Positions 24,878 through 37,722 of a stretch of 64,000 nucleotides of DNA are shown one piece after another. The stretch comes from Squalus acanthias (Eukaryota): the NCBI GenBank assembly GCA_030390025.1, contig CM059432.1:137580001-137644000 (forward strand). The letters are read 5' to 3'. The notes below the pieces were generated by a model, which saw only the letters and a program-made list of their open reading frames with translations, had not been told where the DNA came from and did not search any database. Both the position numbers and the translations under genes were made by a program. Each line of letters starts with the position of its first letter. Within the stretch, counting starts at the first letter, position 1.

Positions 24878-25890
24878 GGCCCCGATATTAACCCTGAGAT
24901 GGGAACGTGGCGTGCGAGGGCGTTAGCGGACAACGAACCCGCAGCGTTGTGCGACGTGTAACCCTGGACAATTTTAACAGCCAGACATCATTTAAATAAA
25001 GCTCCCGGGTTCCTCGATGGAATGCTGTGTCTGTGGGTGTGACGTCCACCCACGTGACGCCCACTCGCCTGACGCAATTTCCTGGCCACTATTTAAAGGC
25101 ACAGTCCACCTCTGCGAGGGAGGCTGAGGGAAAGGACTGAGGAAACTGGAAGGAATCAGTGCCAATTGGAAAGACATCTGGAAAGAGAGGGAAGGTGACC
25201 CCCCAAGTTCAGCGATGCCTCCCTGGAGGTAATGCTGGGTGCAGTGAGGGCCAGGAGGGATGTATTGTTCCCCATAAGTGGGAAAAAGAAACCTCCTGCC
25301 ACAACTGAGAGCAGGCCAGGATTGAGGTGGCTGAGGAGGTCAGCAGCAGGAGTGTGACGCCCAGGACCTAGATTGAATGCAGGAAACGTTTCAATGACCT
25401 GACTAGGTCAGGAAAGGTCAGGACACGTCCTTCTTTACCCATCTCCTGCAGTGCACCTCCTTCCACTCCCTCTTGCTCATCCTACACCATTCACACCACC
25501 CCTCACCCCGCATCACTTTCCTCACTACCAATTCGCTACGGTGCACTGTACCACCTCTCATCTTCACTCCTTACACCTGCTCCCCTCCTGTCTCCTCCTT
25601 TCACTGCTGCCAATAACCCCAATCCTCGTCTCGTCCCCTCTGAGCTGTGTGACCTCCACCTTCTCTCAGTGAACCTCCTCAGTTCACACTGTAGCCAATC
25701 TCTGCCAATGCACAAAATCCCCACTCCTCCTACATCTGCCTGATTCCCACTTTCACCATATGCACTACATCCAGAGACACATCCTTGCTAGCCACACATA
25801 ACGCGGTCCTATGTTTGCAGAAGAGAGCGCAGGATATCAGGGAGAGGGCCAAGATCGTTGGAGGACCACCAGAGATCGTGGAAATGGTTA
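24878..25890 (+). mobile_element. PIF/Harbinger left end with degenerate Myb/SANT-like ORF
   Basis: GGCCCCGATATT TIR-like start; ~25180-25417 reads PKFSDASLEVMLGAVRARRDVLFP...EVAEEVSSRSVTPRT*IECRKRFNDLTRSGK, then an intron-like gap, then KRAQDIRERAKIVGGPP at ~25821. Confidence 0.75.
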
Positions 25891-26834
25891 GTTCTGGTGC
25901 GCAGGTCTTCAGCATCACAACGTTCTGTGTTTATCATGCAGGTCGCCCTGTTTGTTAGCTTCACTATGTTGGTGCCTCTGTCTAAGGTATACCTGGTGCT
26001 GCCCTTGGTACAACCTTCTGCACTGCATCGAACCAGGCTTGGTCTCCTGCCTTGATGGTGATGCTGATGGAGAAGTGAAGGATCTGAAGGTTACAGATTC
26101 TGATAGTATACAATTGTGCTGCTGGTGCTGGCCCACTGCACTGCATGGATGCCCAGTTTTGCAGCTAGATATTTGGTTTGTTCCACTTAGCACAGCAGTC
26201 GTGTAACACTACAAAATGTATGGGGCCCTCACTGTGAAAAATGAGACTTTGCCTTTACAAAGCATGCTACTCATCAAACCTGTTTTTAGGAACATAGGAA
26301 CAGGAGGCGGCCATTCCATCCCTTGAGATGGTCACTCTTGCCAATGCAATTGAGGGAAGACATGTCTGCAACAGGTAGGTTGCTAAGGACGAGATCAAAT
26401 AGGTTACTCCTTCATCTTACATAGAATTACATTGAATTTTACAACACAGAAACAGGCCAATCGACCCAACTGGTCCATGCCGGTGTTTATGCTCCACATG
26501 ACCCCCTCCCACCCCTCTTCATCTCACTATCAGTTTATCGTGTTGATATGAAGATACCCTATCATATTGGTGTCTTCACGACGCAGGTCCAAACTGAGAG
26601 CTATGTCCTTCAGGACTCGGCCAGCTCAGTCAGTAGTGGTATTACCAAGCCACTTTTGCAGGTGGAAATTTAATTTTTTTATGGTAATGCAGTGGTTATG
26701 TTACTGGCCCAGTAATCCAGAGGCCTGGACGTGAGGCACATTGCAAGGTCACAATGAGATACCTTTTCTGCTGCAGCAAGAATATATCCAATATTCCTAT
26801 TTGTTTAAGCTTTATATTAACTGTGGGCTCCTCA

Positions 26835-28100
26835 GGAGGGATATATTGGCCTCGGAGGGGTGCAGCGCAGATTGACCAGATGCTACCGGGGGCTAAAAGT
26901 GTTAAATTATAAGGATAGGTTGCATAGACTAGGCTTGAATTCCCTTGAGTATAGAAGATTAAAGGGTGATCAAATTGAGATATTTAAGATGATTAAAGGA
27001 GTTGATGGGGTAGATAGAGAGAAACTATTTCCTCTGGTGGAGGAGTCCAGAACAAGGGGGCGTAACCTTAAGATTAGAGCTTGGCTATTCAGAGATAATG
27101 GCCCGAAAATTAGACCTAATACGCGAGAGTACGCACTGTGTACTCTCGCATTTTAGGTCTCCAATTGCCGGTTTCCAGCATGCACTGCGCATGCGCGGGA
27201 AACCGGCACTTCGTGAACTCAAAAGGGGGCGGTTCCTAAGTGAACCGCGTGCGCGCTACAGGCTGCGCGCACGCAGTGCACTTAGTGCTTTGAACGCGCA
27301 GGTAAGCATGGAAGATTTTACACATAAAGAAAGGAGGCGTAAGACCCTCTTTAAACAAGGTAAGTAGTTAATTAAGTATTATTTTAATTTTTTTTCAACA
27401 GGTTTATCTTTTTTAGAGACTTTAAAGAAAGGTAAGTTTATTTTTATAACTTTTAAAAAGATTTTAAATTTTTTCAAAAATTTTAATTTTTGTTTAAAGT
27501 GGTTAATTTATTTAAATATAGTTATTTTATTAATGTGATGGTTTTTTTTTAAAATTTAATTGAGGTTTAGCTGTTCTTTTGGGGGTAAGTTGTATTCATA
27601 GCTTTGACAGTTGTCCTGTCAAAACTATGAATGAAAGATGGTGTGCTGCCATTGGCTCTAACTGAATCACGTGATCCCACAGCTCGCACGAACTAACTGC
27701 GTCTGTGGGTCACGCAAGCACTGCACAGCTGCATGTGGGACTGGCCTTGAAACTAAAGTTCGTGTGAGCCCGGAGGGAAAAGGTAGGCGCGCAGTGAGAT
27801 ATCGCGGGGAAGCCTTACCCCCGCAGGAACGCTCCGTGTTTAATTTCTGGGCCAATGTCAGGAAGCACTTCTTCACACAAAGGGTAGTGGAAATCTGGAA
27901 CTCTCTCCCCAAAAAAGCTGTTGAGGCTGGGGGTCAATTGAAAGTTTCAAAACTGAGATTGATAATATTTGATTTTTGTTAGGCAAGGGTATTAAGGGTT
28001 ATTGAGCCAAGGCAGTTAAATGGAGTTAAGATACAGGTCAGCCACGATCAAATTGAATCCAGACTCAAGGGACTGAATGGCCGCCTCCTGTTCCTATGTT
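26835..28100 (+). mobile_element. CR1-like 3' fragment split by a TIR element
   Basis: ORF ...LNSLEYRRLKGDQIE...SRTRG before the insert; VRKHFFTQRVVEIWNSLP after it. Confidence 0.85.
27100..27853. mobile_element. Non-autonomous Harbinger-like TIR element nested in a CR1 fragment
   Basis: TIRs GGCCCGAAAATTA / TAATTTCTGGGCC; 3-bp TSD AAT; CR1 sequence resumes exactly after it. Confidence 0.85.
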
Positions 28101-28739
28101 CCTAAAAACAGGTTTGATGAGTAGCATGATTATATTCTTGTGTCCCTGAGAACAAGCTTGTCTTCCTCTTTGCAAACAGTTCAAAGTATCGAGTACATAC
28201 AGCACATTTCCAATGAATGCCCAAGAGATCTATTCCAACAGTACCCAAAAGAATCTTCAGTAAACAACTTGGGAAATTAAAAAAGTTCTCTATTTCGTCC
28301 TGAACTTCTAAACAAGGGATTTCATGCCTCTGATTTAATGTTTGCGTGAGGTGCCTTGCCTTTGTTATTGGTGTGTCCGCCATATGTTGGACAGGTTGAT
28401 AATGCAAATAAATCTTTAGGGCTAATAATTAAGCATGCTAACTATTTTAAATAGGATAAAGTAATTTTGCAAAAGATTGCTTATAATAATTGTGACAAAA
28501 AATGAGTTTTTTTTGTCTAGTTTTAGTTCATGGCTACCTGCTTAATCCAGTCACAGAACCTAGGCAGTTTAAAAAAAAAACCTACAGTTTAGATCCCAGG
28601 AGCCAATACAATGTCTAAGGTGCAATCTTACGTGTCTGCCATTCCCCCTCTGAACTTCCTTCTCCAAAGCTTGCAAATTGAGAGGTATGCCCACAGGAAT
28701 ACCCATAGTTGAATGCTAATGAACTATCTAACCAATAAT

Positions 28740-29133
28740 AAAAGCAGAAAACGCTGGAAACACTCAGCAGGTCGGGCAGCATCTGTAGAGAGAGAAACAG
28801 AGTTAACGTTTCCGGTCGACGATCTTTCATCAGAACTGGGAAAAGTTAGAGATTTAACAGTTTTTAATCAAGTACAAAGCAAAGGAAAAGGGGGGAGGGA
28901 GGGGAGGAAAGAACAAAGGGGAAGGTCTGTGATAGGGTGGAAGGCAGGAGGAGTGATTAAATGACGCAAGGGAGGATGGTGCGAGGCAAAAGGGGAGATG
29001 GTAACGGGACAAGTAAAGAAACAAAAGATGGGTCGAGAGGAGGTGTAAATGGTTACAGCAGAACCATTGCCAGCACCCGCTGTCTTGAAAAAATGGATGA
29101 GGTTCTGTTCCTCGAGCTTGCGTTGAGCCTCAT
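28740..29133 (-). mobile_element. Penelope-like fragment with 9-bp TSD
   Basis: Same terminal repeat in reverse; minus strand reads AQRKLEEQNL near 29100-29128; ACCAATAAT at 28731 and 29134. Confidence 0.75.
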
Positions 29134-32100
29134 ACCAATAATGCTGGCAGAACGCTTCAGTAAATTTGGGGCCCGGATTTATTCATAACTTATTTTGTGT
29201 AGGCTCGAATACCATTGGTCTGTACTGGATTTCAGACCAGCGTCCAGAACTGACAGGATAGCCTCCCACTGGCGCTGCTCATCTTCTCAAAATTAAGGCT
29301 GGTCACACCTTTCAATTCTCACTCATTTCTGATATTTAAGTGAATTTGCAATCAATCTCATTCTTTCCGATCTCAAATCTTGTCTCTAACATTTCCCAGT
29401 GTTGACAGCCTCTGGGTTTAATGTGGTTATCATATACTTACATTGATGCCTGTGTACAATATCATAAGAATAACAAAACTCTCCAAAAAAAAAAGGATTT
29501 ATTTTCACACCGAAAGCTTAGCAACAGAGAACGTTGTCATAACAACTTTTTGAACTAACCTTCTGAATAGTTTTTTCTTGTTTGGTTCTTTACCGCTGTT
29601 CTATTAACATTCGCATTGGGTATATTTTATGTCCCCAGTATCCAATTCTTAGATGCAGAGATCACATCACTTTGGCATGTGTTTCCATGGCAGTAGTGCT
29701 GTATATTTGCCACAACACTGGGACATTAGTTTTATCTAAGAGTAGTATTCCAGCTATACAATACTTTTGCTTTCATTTTAAAGACACTACCCTCAGTTTT
29801 TTTTTCATTATTTGACGAAACATGCAAGGACTCTCTTGTGTGTCACTAATCAGAGCAAAATGGCTTATTGTAAAGAACCAGTGTATGTTTTCTTCTTCCT
29901 CTTCTCACCAGTTCTGTCCTTGAGTCTCCCCTCCCTCCTCTCCTGGGTGTGCTGAGTCCTTGCTGGGATGCCTGGGCATCAGTTGTCCAAGTACCTTGTC
30001 CCAGTGGCAGTTCTTCATGTGTGGGCCTTGTTGGTGAGCGTTGGAACACCATTCAACTGGGGGGCCAGGGCGGTGGGGGGGGAGGGGATATCATAGCCGG
30101 ACCCAACCTTGTCCTCACTTGACATACATTTTTAGCAAGGGTTGCCTGACGGGGATCAGGGCAGAAAAATGGGCGCTAATGAATCAGCTGGCCTGCTTTT
30201 ACACTCGCAAATGGGCGAGGTGTGAAACAGGCGGCCACTTCACCAGCGCCCATTTTATCCGCCCGGCGATAAAACTTCAACTGACCCACGACGACTTTTC
30301 CGATGGCTCAGTGAGTTGATTACCCTGGTTAACTTTCCCACCCTAACCCTGAGGCCAGCTGTAGTTTCCCCTATCGACGCCCTCACTGACATCAGCTAAC
30401 TAACCGCGCAGTTCAGCGATTTAGCCTGGGATCTTACTGGTCTGCGCGGCCCAGCTATTCCTGGAAAAGAAAATCGGACGAGGTGTGAAACGGGTGGCCA
30501 ATTCGTTCTCACCCAATTATTTGCCCCATGATAAAAGTTCAAATTTACCCCCAATGTCTTTCCAGCACAGGCACGATGGGCCGAATAGCCTCCTTCTGTT
30601 CTGTATCAATCTATGATTCTATATATGTTGAAATGAAATAAAAAATATCTCAATACTAGTCACAACAGATATAGCTATATCTTTTTTTCCCCTGATATTG
30701 TCTTACCAATTAGACCATGTGCTTTAAGCACAGCTTAATTCTTACATAGCAATCTCTTCCTGACAGTGTCTGATGTCTAACTTTATTTCAGCTCAATAAC
30801 ATCAGATCGTAAGAACTTCTCATTTAAATAGCACTGCGTGTTTGAAATAACCAACCCTTTGCTACCACAGTCACGTTTGTTGATGAGCCAGTTCTGAGCT
30901 GTTGTACTGATTGGAGTGTAATATTAATGCTCTTCCAAAACAGAATGAACGATTATTCTGTGGTAGGTCAGTATGAAACACCAAATGTGTCACTTCTGTC
31001 TCTGAAAAAAATGGAGACATTCATCAAGACTTGTTTTTTTTTCCCTTCACAAATTTCAAGTTTAATTCACGTGTTGTCAAGTCAAATCAGTTTGTGCAGG
31101 GGTGCGGCGGATCTGTGAATGGTAGAAGATGGCTTCATGCCCTTGATTCCTATCTTGGCGAGTTCCAGATCTCAGCCTTGTCCTCGAACGAGACATTTCC
31201 CCACAGCGAGGGAGGGACAATTATAGAGAAGATTGTCGCTGGTTATGGAGCATACACTAGCAAAATTCAGGGAGGTGATTACCTGTGGCGCCTTCTCAGC
31301 TGGAGAAAGAGGCATACATGAGCCGGAATTATTGGAAGAAGGCCCATGTGTACTTTCTTACTGAGGACCCCAATAACCTAACACTATTCCATCTAATGGA
31401 AGGCAACAGCATTATAATCAGATTAGAGATCAGGGATTGTATCCACGAGCTGGCAATAAAATGTTCAGAGTGAGCATTGACGCCACTGTGTTAGCCAATG
31501 AGTTGGAGGCGGGGCAAAATTACAGCAAACAGAATTGTATACAGGTGTGATTGACAGGGGAATTACCCAATCATCTCCATTCTGGCCAGGAATGGTAGAA
31601 TTCAGTTTAATAACAGTGCCTCCTCTATCCAATTAATGAAGCGGATGTCCCAGATCCCAGGAATGGGCAGATCTATTTAAGTAAAACTGACCATATTTTG
31701 CAATATTATGCCATCCTTCACATTGGGAAACAGAGTGATCTAACGGGATGGTCGTCGTGCGATGATTTATACAATATAAAACATTTTTATATTCATTCTT
31801 TTTTTTTCTACAAGCCTCTCAGTGATTGAAGGAAGGCAATGTTTAGACTGGTGTTGGTTGTGACTGGCAATCTGTCAAACAGACTTTACTACATGTCACT
31901 CGCGACCAGAAGCTGAACAGCTCGTACCCACGGCACGCGTGTGATATACGGTCTTTCTCACTTCAGACTGCTAACCACATCTCCTCTACACTCTTTGCTC
32001 CATGGCCCAAGCATTGCATGAAAAGATGTTTCTTGAATTTGAAAAGCCATTGAAGTAGCACATTGATAAATGTTCATTTATTTCATTTTAGAGTTTTGTG

Positions 32101-32337
32101 TATTTTTAAACCATGCTGAAATGGCGACCCACGTAAACTATTCAAGATCAACACTTAGCAATAGTGTCATTCTTAGCTACAAAAAATGGGCAAGCATGAT
32201 TGATAAGTGAAATGAGAAGTACTTTTAATAGAAAATACTTCTTATAAACACTGTAAAAGGTGAATTTTGTCTAAAATTGATGCCAAGATGTTTAAACAAA
32301 GTCATATGCCAGATGTGAGGTGAGTGATTAGCATTAT

Positions 32338-32797
32338 AAGAACATAAGAAATAGGAGCAGGAGTCGGCCATTTGGCCCCTTGAGCCTGCTCCGCCATTCA
32401 ATAAGATCATGGCTGATCTTCTACCTCATCTCCACTTTCCTGCACTGTCCCCATATCCCTTGATTCCCTTAATATCCAAAAATCTATCAATCTCTGTCTT
32501 GAATATACTCAAAGACTGAGCCTCCACAGCCCTCTGGGGTAGAGAATTCCAAAGATTCACCACCCTCTGAGTGAAGAAATTTCTCCTCATCTCAGTCCTA
32601 AATGGCTGACCCCTTATTCTGAGACTGTGACCCCTGGTTCTAGACTCCCCAGCCAGGGGAAACATCCTCCCTGCATCTACCCTGTCAAGCCCTGTAAGAA
32701 TTTTGTATGTTTCAATGAGATCACCTCTCATTCTTCTAAACTCTAGAGAATATAGGCCTAGTCTACTCAATCTCTCCTCATAGGACAATCCCCCCAT
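32338..32797 (-). mobile_element. CR1-like 3' fragment
   Basis: [32 protein letters not shown]...WNSLPQ. Confidence 0.9.
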
Positions 32798-32917
32798 CCC
32801 ATCCCATTATAGAGCGCTGCTTAATTTTTTTTTAATTGTTCACATTCAATGTGCATTTGATTTATTTTCAAATGACCTATATAATCCCCGTGCTAAAATA
32901 GAATGTATATATTTCAG

Positions 32918-33025
32918 GAACCTGCAACCAGGAGTGTGCTAATGGCCCCGACCACGCACAAGGCCCATCAAGGAGCAAGGAGACAAACTGATGATAGCCC
33001 TGTTGTCCACTTCTTTAAGAACATG
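32918..33025 (+). CDS. MBP: MBP coding exon [36 protein letters not shown]
   Basis: Contains the hallmark PVVHFFKN motif; atttcag|GAA acceptor, ATG|gtaagt donor; 108 nt, phase 0-0. Confidence 0.97.
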
Positions 33026-33271
33026 GTAAGTAACTGTTGCTGTTTCCGGTGTGCGGTACTAATCTTCAAGGCACATGTTTCAACCTTTGCTAAAGGTAAA
33101 TTATATTTCAATGGGAGGGATGACAGTGTTGGAAATGGTTTATTTCTCACGTTTTACCCAATGGTTAGGACCAATCCCAGGTCAAATGCAAGTTGCAGAT
33201 TGCAAGATACTTATGGATGAGGAAGGTCATTTAGTGTTGATCCCTCTCCAATGAAGCAGAACTTCTTGACA

Positions 33272-33503
33272 TCAACAACAACAAAAACATTTATATAAGC
33301 GCCCTTAACATTGTAAAATGTCCCAAGGCGCTTCACAGGAGCGTTATCAGACAAAAATTTGAAACCAAGTCGCATATGGAGATATTAGGACAGGTGACCA
33401 AAAACTTGATCAAAGAGGTAGGTTTTAAGGAGCGTCTTAAAGGAGGAGAGAGAGGTAGAGAGGTTTAGGAGGGAATTCCAGAGCTTAGGGCTTCGGCAGC
33501 TGA
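33272..33503 (-). mobile_element. L2-like LINE 3' fragment
   Basis: Reverse complement of the 42762-42990 family. Confidence 0.7.
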
Positions 33504-33565
33504 AATATCAGTCCTAAAATTCCCTTTTACTAGTTTGAACTGTGTCCCCTTGTCCTATTCCCATA

Positions 33566-33875
33566 GGGCAGCACGGTGGCATAGTGGTTAGCACTGTTGC
33601 CTCACAGCGCCAGGGACCCGGGTTCGAATCTGGCCTCGGGTGACTGTCTGTGTGGAGTTTGCACATTCTCCCCGTGTCTGCGTGGGTTTCCTCCGGGTGC
33701 TCCGGTTTCCTCCCACAGTCCAAAGATGTGCGGATTAGGTTGATTTGGCTATGATAAATTGACCCTTAGTGTTAGGGGGGGATTAAATACATGGGGTTAC
33801 GGGGATAGGGTGGGTTATGTGTTGGTGCAGGCTCGATGGGCCGAAATGGCCTCTATCTGCATTGTGGGGATTCTG
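33566..33875 (+). mobile_element. V-SINE (HE1-like shark SINE)
   Basis: tRNA-derived head gggcagcacggtggcatagtggttagcactg...gggttcgaatc and V-domain gtggagtttgcacattctccccgtgtctgcgtgggtttcctccgggtgctccggtttcctcccacagtccaaaga. Confidence 0.85.
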
Positions 33876-34234
33876 AAGATGCCCCTTCTTCAGGCAGAAA
33901 TACCCAAGTCTCTCTTGTCTTTCCTCATAGCTTGGGAGCATGACATCAGGGGTGAATCTTAAGCCCCCTCCCCCCTCACACGGCAGAAATCGGGTTGGAG
34001 GGGGGATGGGGGGATGGGGGGATGGGGGGCTTAACCGCTGGCTTTCTGCACAGATCTGGCTGGCTGCAATTTAAAGTTTCCTTTTGAGCTTGAAAAGTTA
34101 ATATTACCAACGCAGAGCCCCGCTGTGGAACTTTGCCCATCAGGCGTGCTTATCGGGGGAATCACAGTGAGCGCAGCCGTGGTTCCCTAGCATGCTCTCC
34201 CTCTGAGTAAGGCTCCCTGTTGCGAGTGCACATT

Positions 34235-34605
34235 ATAAAATTCGAACAGCACTAGACAGACTAGATGCAGGAAGGATGTTCCCGATGGCGGGGGAGTCCA
34301 GAACCAGAGGTCACAGTCTAAGGATAAGGGGTAAGCCATTTAGGACTGAGATGAGGAGGAATTTCTTCACCCAGAGAGTGGTGAACCTGTGGAATTCTCT
34401 ACCACACATGGCAGTTGAGGCCAATTCATTAAATATATTCAAGAAGGAGATAGATATATTTCTTAAGGCTAAAGGGATCAAGGGATATGGGGAGAAAGCA
34501 GGGACAGGGTACTGAATTTGGATGATCAGCCATGATCTCATTAAATGGTGGAGCAGGCTCGAGGGGCCGAATGGCCTACTCCTGCTCCTATCTTCTATGT
34601 TTCTA
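34235..34605 (+). mobile_element. CR1-like 3' fragment
   Basis: ORF MFPMAGESRTRGHSLRIRG...WNSLP. Confidence 0.85.
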
Positions 34606-34918
34606 TTCTTATAATCAGTCGCTACATCTGATCAATGACACTCTAGAAACAGACCTAACTTATGCACACCTCACCAGGAAAGCGCTCAATTTTAATCCTT
34701 TTTGCTGAGTTGTGGTAAAGTAGGACTATTTTGTTGAAACTCTGGATATAACGGGAAAGATTTTCTTGGAGCACAGCACGTACTGAAGTTTCAAACCCAT
34801 TTATGAAGAGGAGATTCACAATGTGTTGCATGTAACACAAAGGAAACTTTACCCCTGTGTGAATGCATCATGCTTATCTCGATTCTGACTCCGTTTTTGT
34901 CCTATTTCTTCTTTTCAG

Positions 34919-34951
34919 ATGTCACCAAAGAAAGCCCCAGTACAACAGAAG
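34919..34951 (+). CDS. MBP: MBP coding exon MSPKKAPVQQK
   Basis: Polypyrimidine tract then cttttcag|ATG; AAG|gtaaat donor; 33 nt, phase 0-0; continues the shark MBP sequence. Confidence 0.93.
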
Positions 34952-35072
34952 GTAAATGATCTATTCATTACACTGTGACTAGGCCTGGAGGTTACGTAGA
35001 TTGTGACAGACAGTACGCCGGGGGAAACACTCATAAGCTTAACAATATCTTTCCTTTAAAAGAAACGTTAAG

Positions 35073-35517
35073 TAAAGAAAGAACTTGTGTTTATGTGGCA
35101 CCTTTCACCACCTAAGGATGTCCCAAAGTACTTCGCAGCCAATGAAATACATTTTTTGAAGTGTAGGGAAATGCAGCAGCCACTTTGCGCACAGCAAGAT
35201 ACAATGAGATAAATGACCAGGTAATTTTTTTTAAATGATGTAGGCTGAGGGAAAAATGTTTTCCAGGACACTGAGAGAACTCCCCTGCTCTTTTTTGAAT
35301 AGCGCCATTGTTTTTTTTTACATCCACCTGAGAGAGCAGACGGGGGCCTCGGTTTAACATCTCATCTGAAAGGCGGCACCTCCGACAGTGCAGCACTCCC
35401 TCAGCACTGCCCTGGAGTGTCGGCCTAGATTGTGTGCTCAAGTCTCTGAAGTGGGACTATGAACCCACAAGCTTCTGACTCAGAGGCGAGAGTGCTGCCC
35501 ACTGAGCCAAGACTGAC
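35073..35517 (-). mobile_element. Deu-domain SINE (SacSINE1-like)
   Basis: Same family, reverse orientation. Confidence 0.8.
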
Positions 35518-35786
35518 CTCTCAATAGAACATTATTTCTTATTCAATTGGATTGTTTCATAAAATAGAACTGCTAATTTTTAAATGTATTTTTTTAAACA
35601 AAGCATTAATATCTGGCAGATACTCAGCATTAAATGTTAGGATTCTCGCATTCAAACATTGAGTAGAAATCTTAGGTAACCTTGATTGTATTCTGTACCC
35701 TCATATTTTTCTGAGCCACATCATGCCTTTTTGTCTCCAATTGTATTTGGTGATTATCATGGCTCCTTTTCTCATCACTACTACAG

Positions 35787-35828
35787 GCTAAGTCCGGAGC
35801 AAGTAGAGCTATCACTAAATTTATTTGG
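35787..35828 (+). CDS. MBP: MBP coding exon AKSGASRAITKFIW
   Basis: ctacag|GCT acceptor, TGG|gtaagg donor; 42 nt, phase 0-0; ends in the conserved Trp (mammalian ...SRFSW). Confidence 0.94.
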
Positions 35829-37667
35829 GTAAGGTGCAAGATCTGTATTTTTTTGCCACAACCATTATGGTCACAATGGCTAACAATAAATCATCATCTA
35901 AAGTGCACTTGCACCATTACTGTTAGATGTTTCAATTCATTCCATCATCCAGCGTCTCTGATGATGTTTCTCATTATAAACTCCATCCCCATACTTACCT
36001 AACTCCATAGACAGGAGCTGGGAGTCGCTTGGCCCAGTGGAAAATGAGTTAAGATGCTTGCTTCGTATTACTATGGTCATGAGTTCAAGTACCCCGCCCC
36101 CCCCACCCCAAAAAAAACCCCAACTGACATTGAAATCCAACATCTGATTTGTAATGGATGACTGCTTGGATATCTGATGGGGGAGCCCCAGCTTTGAGGA
36201 AAATAAATCCTGCAATCTCTTTGTGGTAAGTGCATGTAGTGGTTATTATGTGATAAGATAATATTGGCCCTGGAGAAGCCCAGCTTATTTGGCCATAATC
36301 CCATGATGGAATTCTTTATGGGGGTGAACAGCTCTGATGCTCGGAGCCATCCAACAGTGCAATTTGAGGACAGCAGATAAATAACACGAGTAATCCTTGC
36401 AATCGTATGGTTTTTGTTCAAACGTGAACGAAGATATTGATTAACGTTATGCTGCACTGTGTGCTGGGGACAAGGTGCGTCAGCCAAAAACAATGAGCAA
36501 TATCAAATCACTCAATTAAGGGGAAGCTCGATCAACACATGAGGGCGAAAGGAATAGAAGGATATGTTGATGGGGTGAGATGAAGAGGGGTGGGAGGAGG
36601 CACGTGTGGAGCATGAATTCCGGCATGGGCCAGTTGGGCCGAATGGCCTGTTTCTGTGCTGTGGATTCTATCTAACTCGATGTAAATAAGCTGGTTCAGC
36701 GCCATTTCACAAGAGGGGCCGTGTGCAAAACTGCTGTTGTTGTAATAGGCCCCTCATTATTGCTAAGTAAATCACATTATCAAGGTTCTGCTTCTGCACC
36801 TATTTAGTTAGCCTCAGATTTTTACTTGTGTATATATATGTGTTGCCACCAGATTAAAATCATGCAGATAAACTGTTAGTCTCAATAAAGCATGCAAGGA
36901 GACACAAAGGCACAACAAGCAAGGGCTGTTCTAGCAGAGTCTTCACAGTCTCAGTCTCTAACGAGGAACATCTGCCCTTGGCCCCTCAATGTTTCTGATG
37001 ATGATAAAAGTCTACAGGGTCGATCTTGATCTTTGGGCGAGTGACCGGTGGGGAGAGCGTTTGGTCGGCCGCCCATTCCGGCGGTGAAGAGCCCACACCC
37101 ACCCCACGATTTTGAGGCCCTGGCCTCATTTTAAATCTGGCGGACGAACTGTGGGCCGCCAAACAAGGCAGCTGGCTGGATGGAGGCCTCGAAATCAGGC
37201 TGGGGCAATCTCCAGCGAGGTAAGTTGCGAGAGGGGGATTATGTTACTGGTGGGAGGGGGGAGTGTGGAGCGAGGGAGGAAGGAAGGACACTGCTGCTCG
37301 AATCTTTCTTTAAATATCTTCTTCTGTTTAGTTATTCAGTTGTCCACGCGCGTTCTGGATGGTATGAGACTGGGTTGTAAATCATTTCCTTTCTGCCATC
37401 ACGTTTCAATGCATGTCACAGCTCCCTGAAGAACTCAGCAATTCAGTTCATTGCTTCTTTGCCATTCACTGACTCAAGAGTGTGAGAGAGGTTCCAAATG
37501 CAATACCGAGAGTGCAGCTTAGAGTACAACAATTAACTGCGACTTGAGTTAGAACTAAGGTGCAGGGAAAACGGTGCCATCAAGCTGCAAATTTCCATCT
37601 TGCCTTTGGCTGGACCTGTAACCAGGGATGGCCATTCGGTGCGGGATGAGAGAACCATTGTCCACAG

Positions 37668-37722
37668 AGAGGGAGAGAGAGAGACAGACAGAGACTGAGA
37701 GAGACAGTGAGACAGAGACTGA
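37668..37722. repeat. Imperfect (GA)/(GAGACA) microsatellite
   Basis: Directly visible. Confidence 0.7.

Noticed and set aside
29912..29946. 35-nt segment that would restore frame after the two microexons
   Set aside because: Weak donor (TGG|gtgtgc), hydrophobic peptide unlike MBP, and the flank resembles an old interspersed repeat (similar text near 43345).
33566..33640. tRNA gene
   Set aside because: tRNA-derived head of a V-SINE; the same applies to the Deu-SINE heads.
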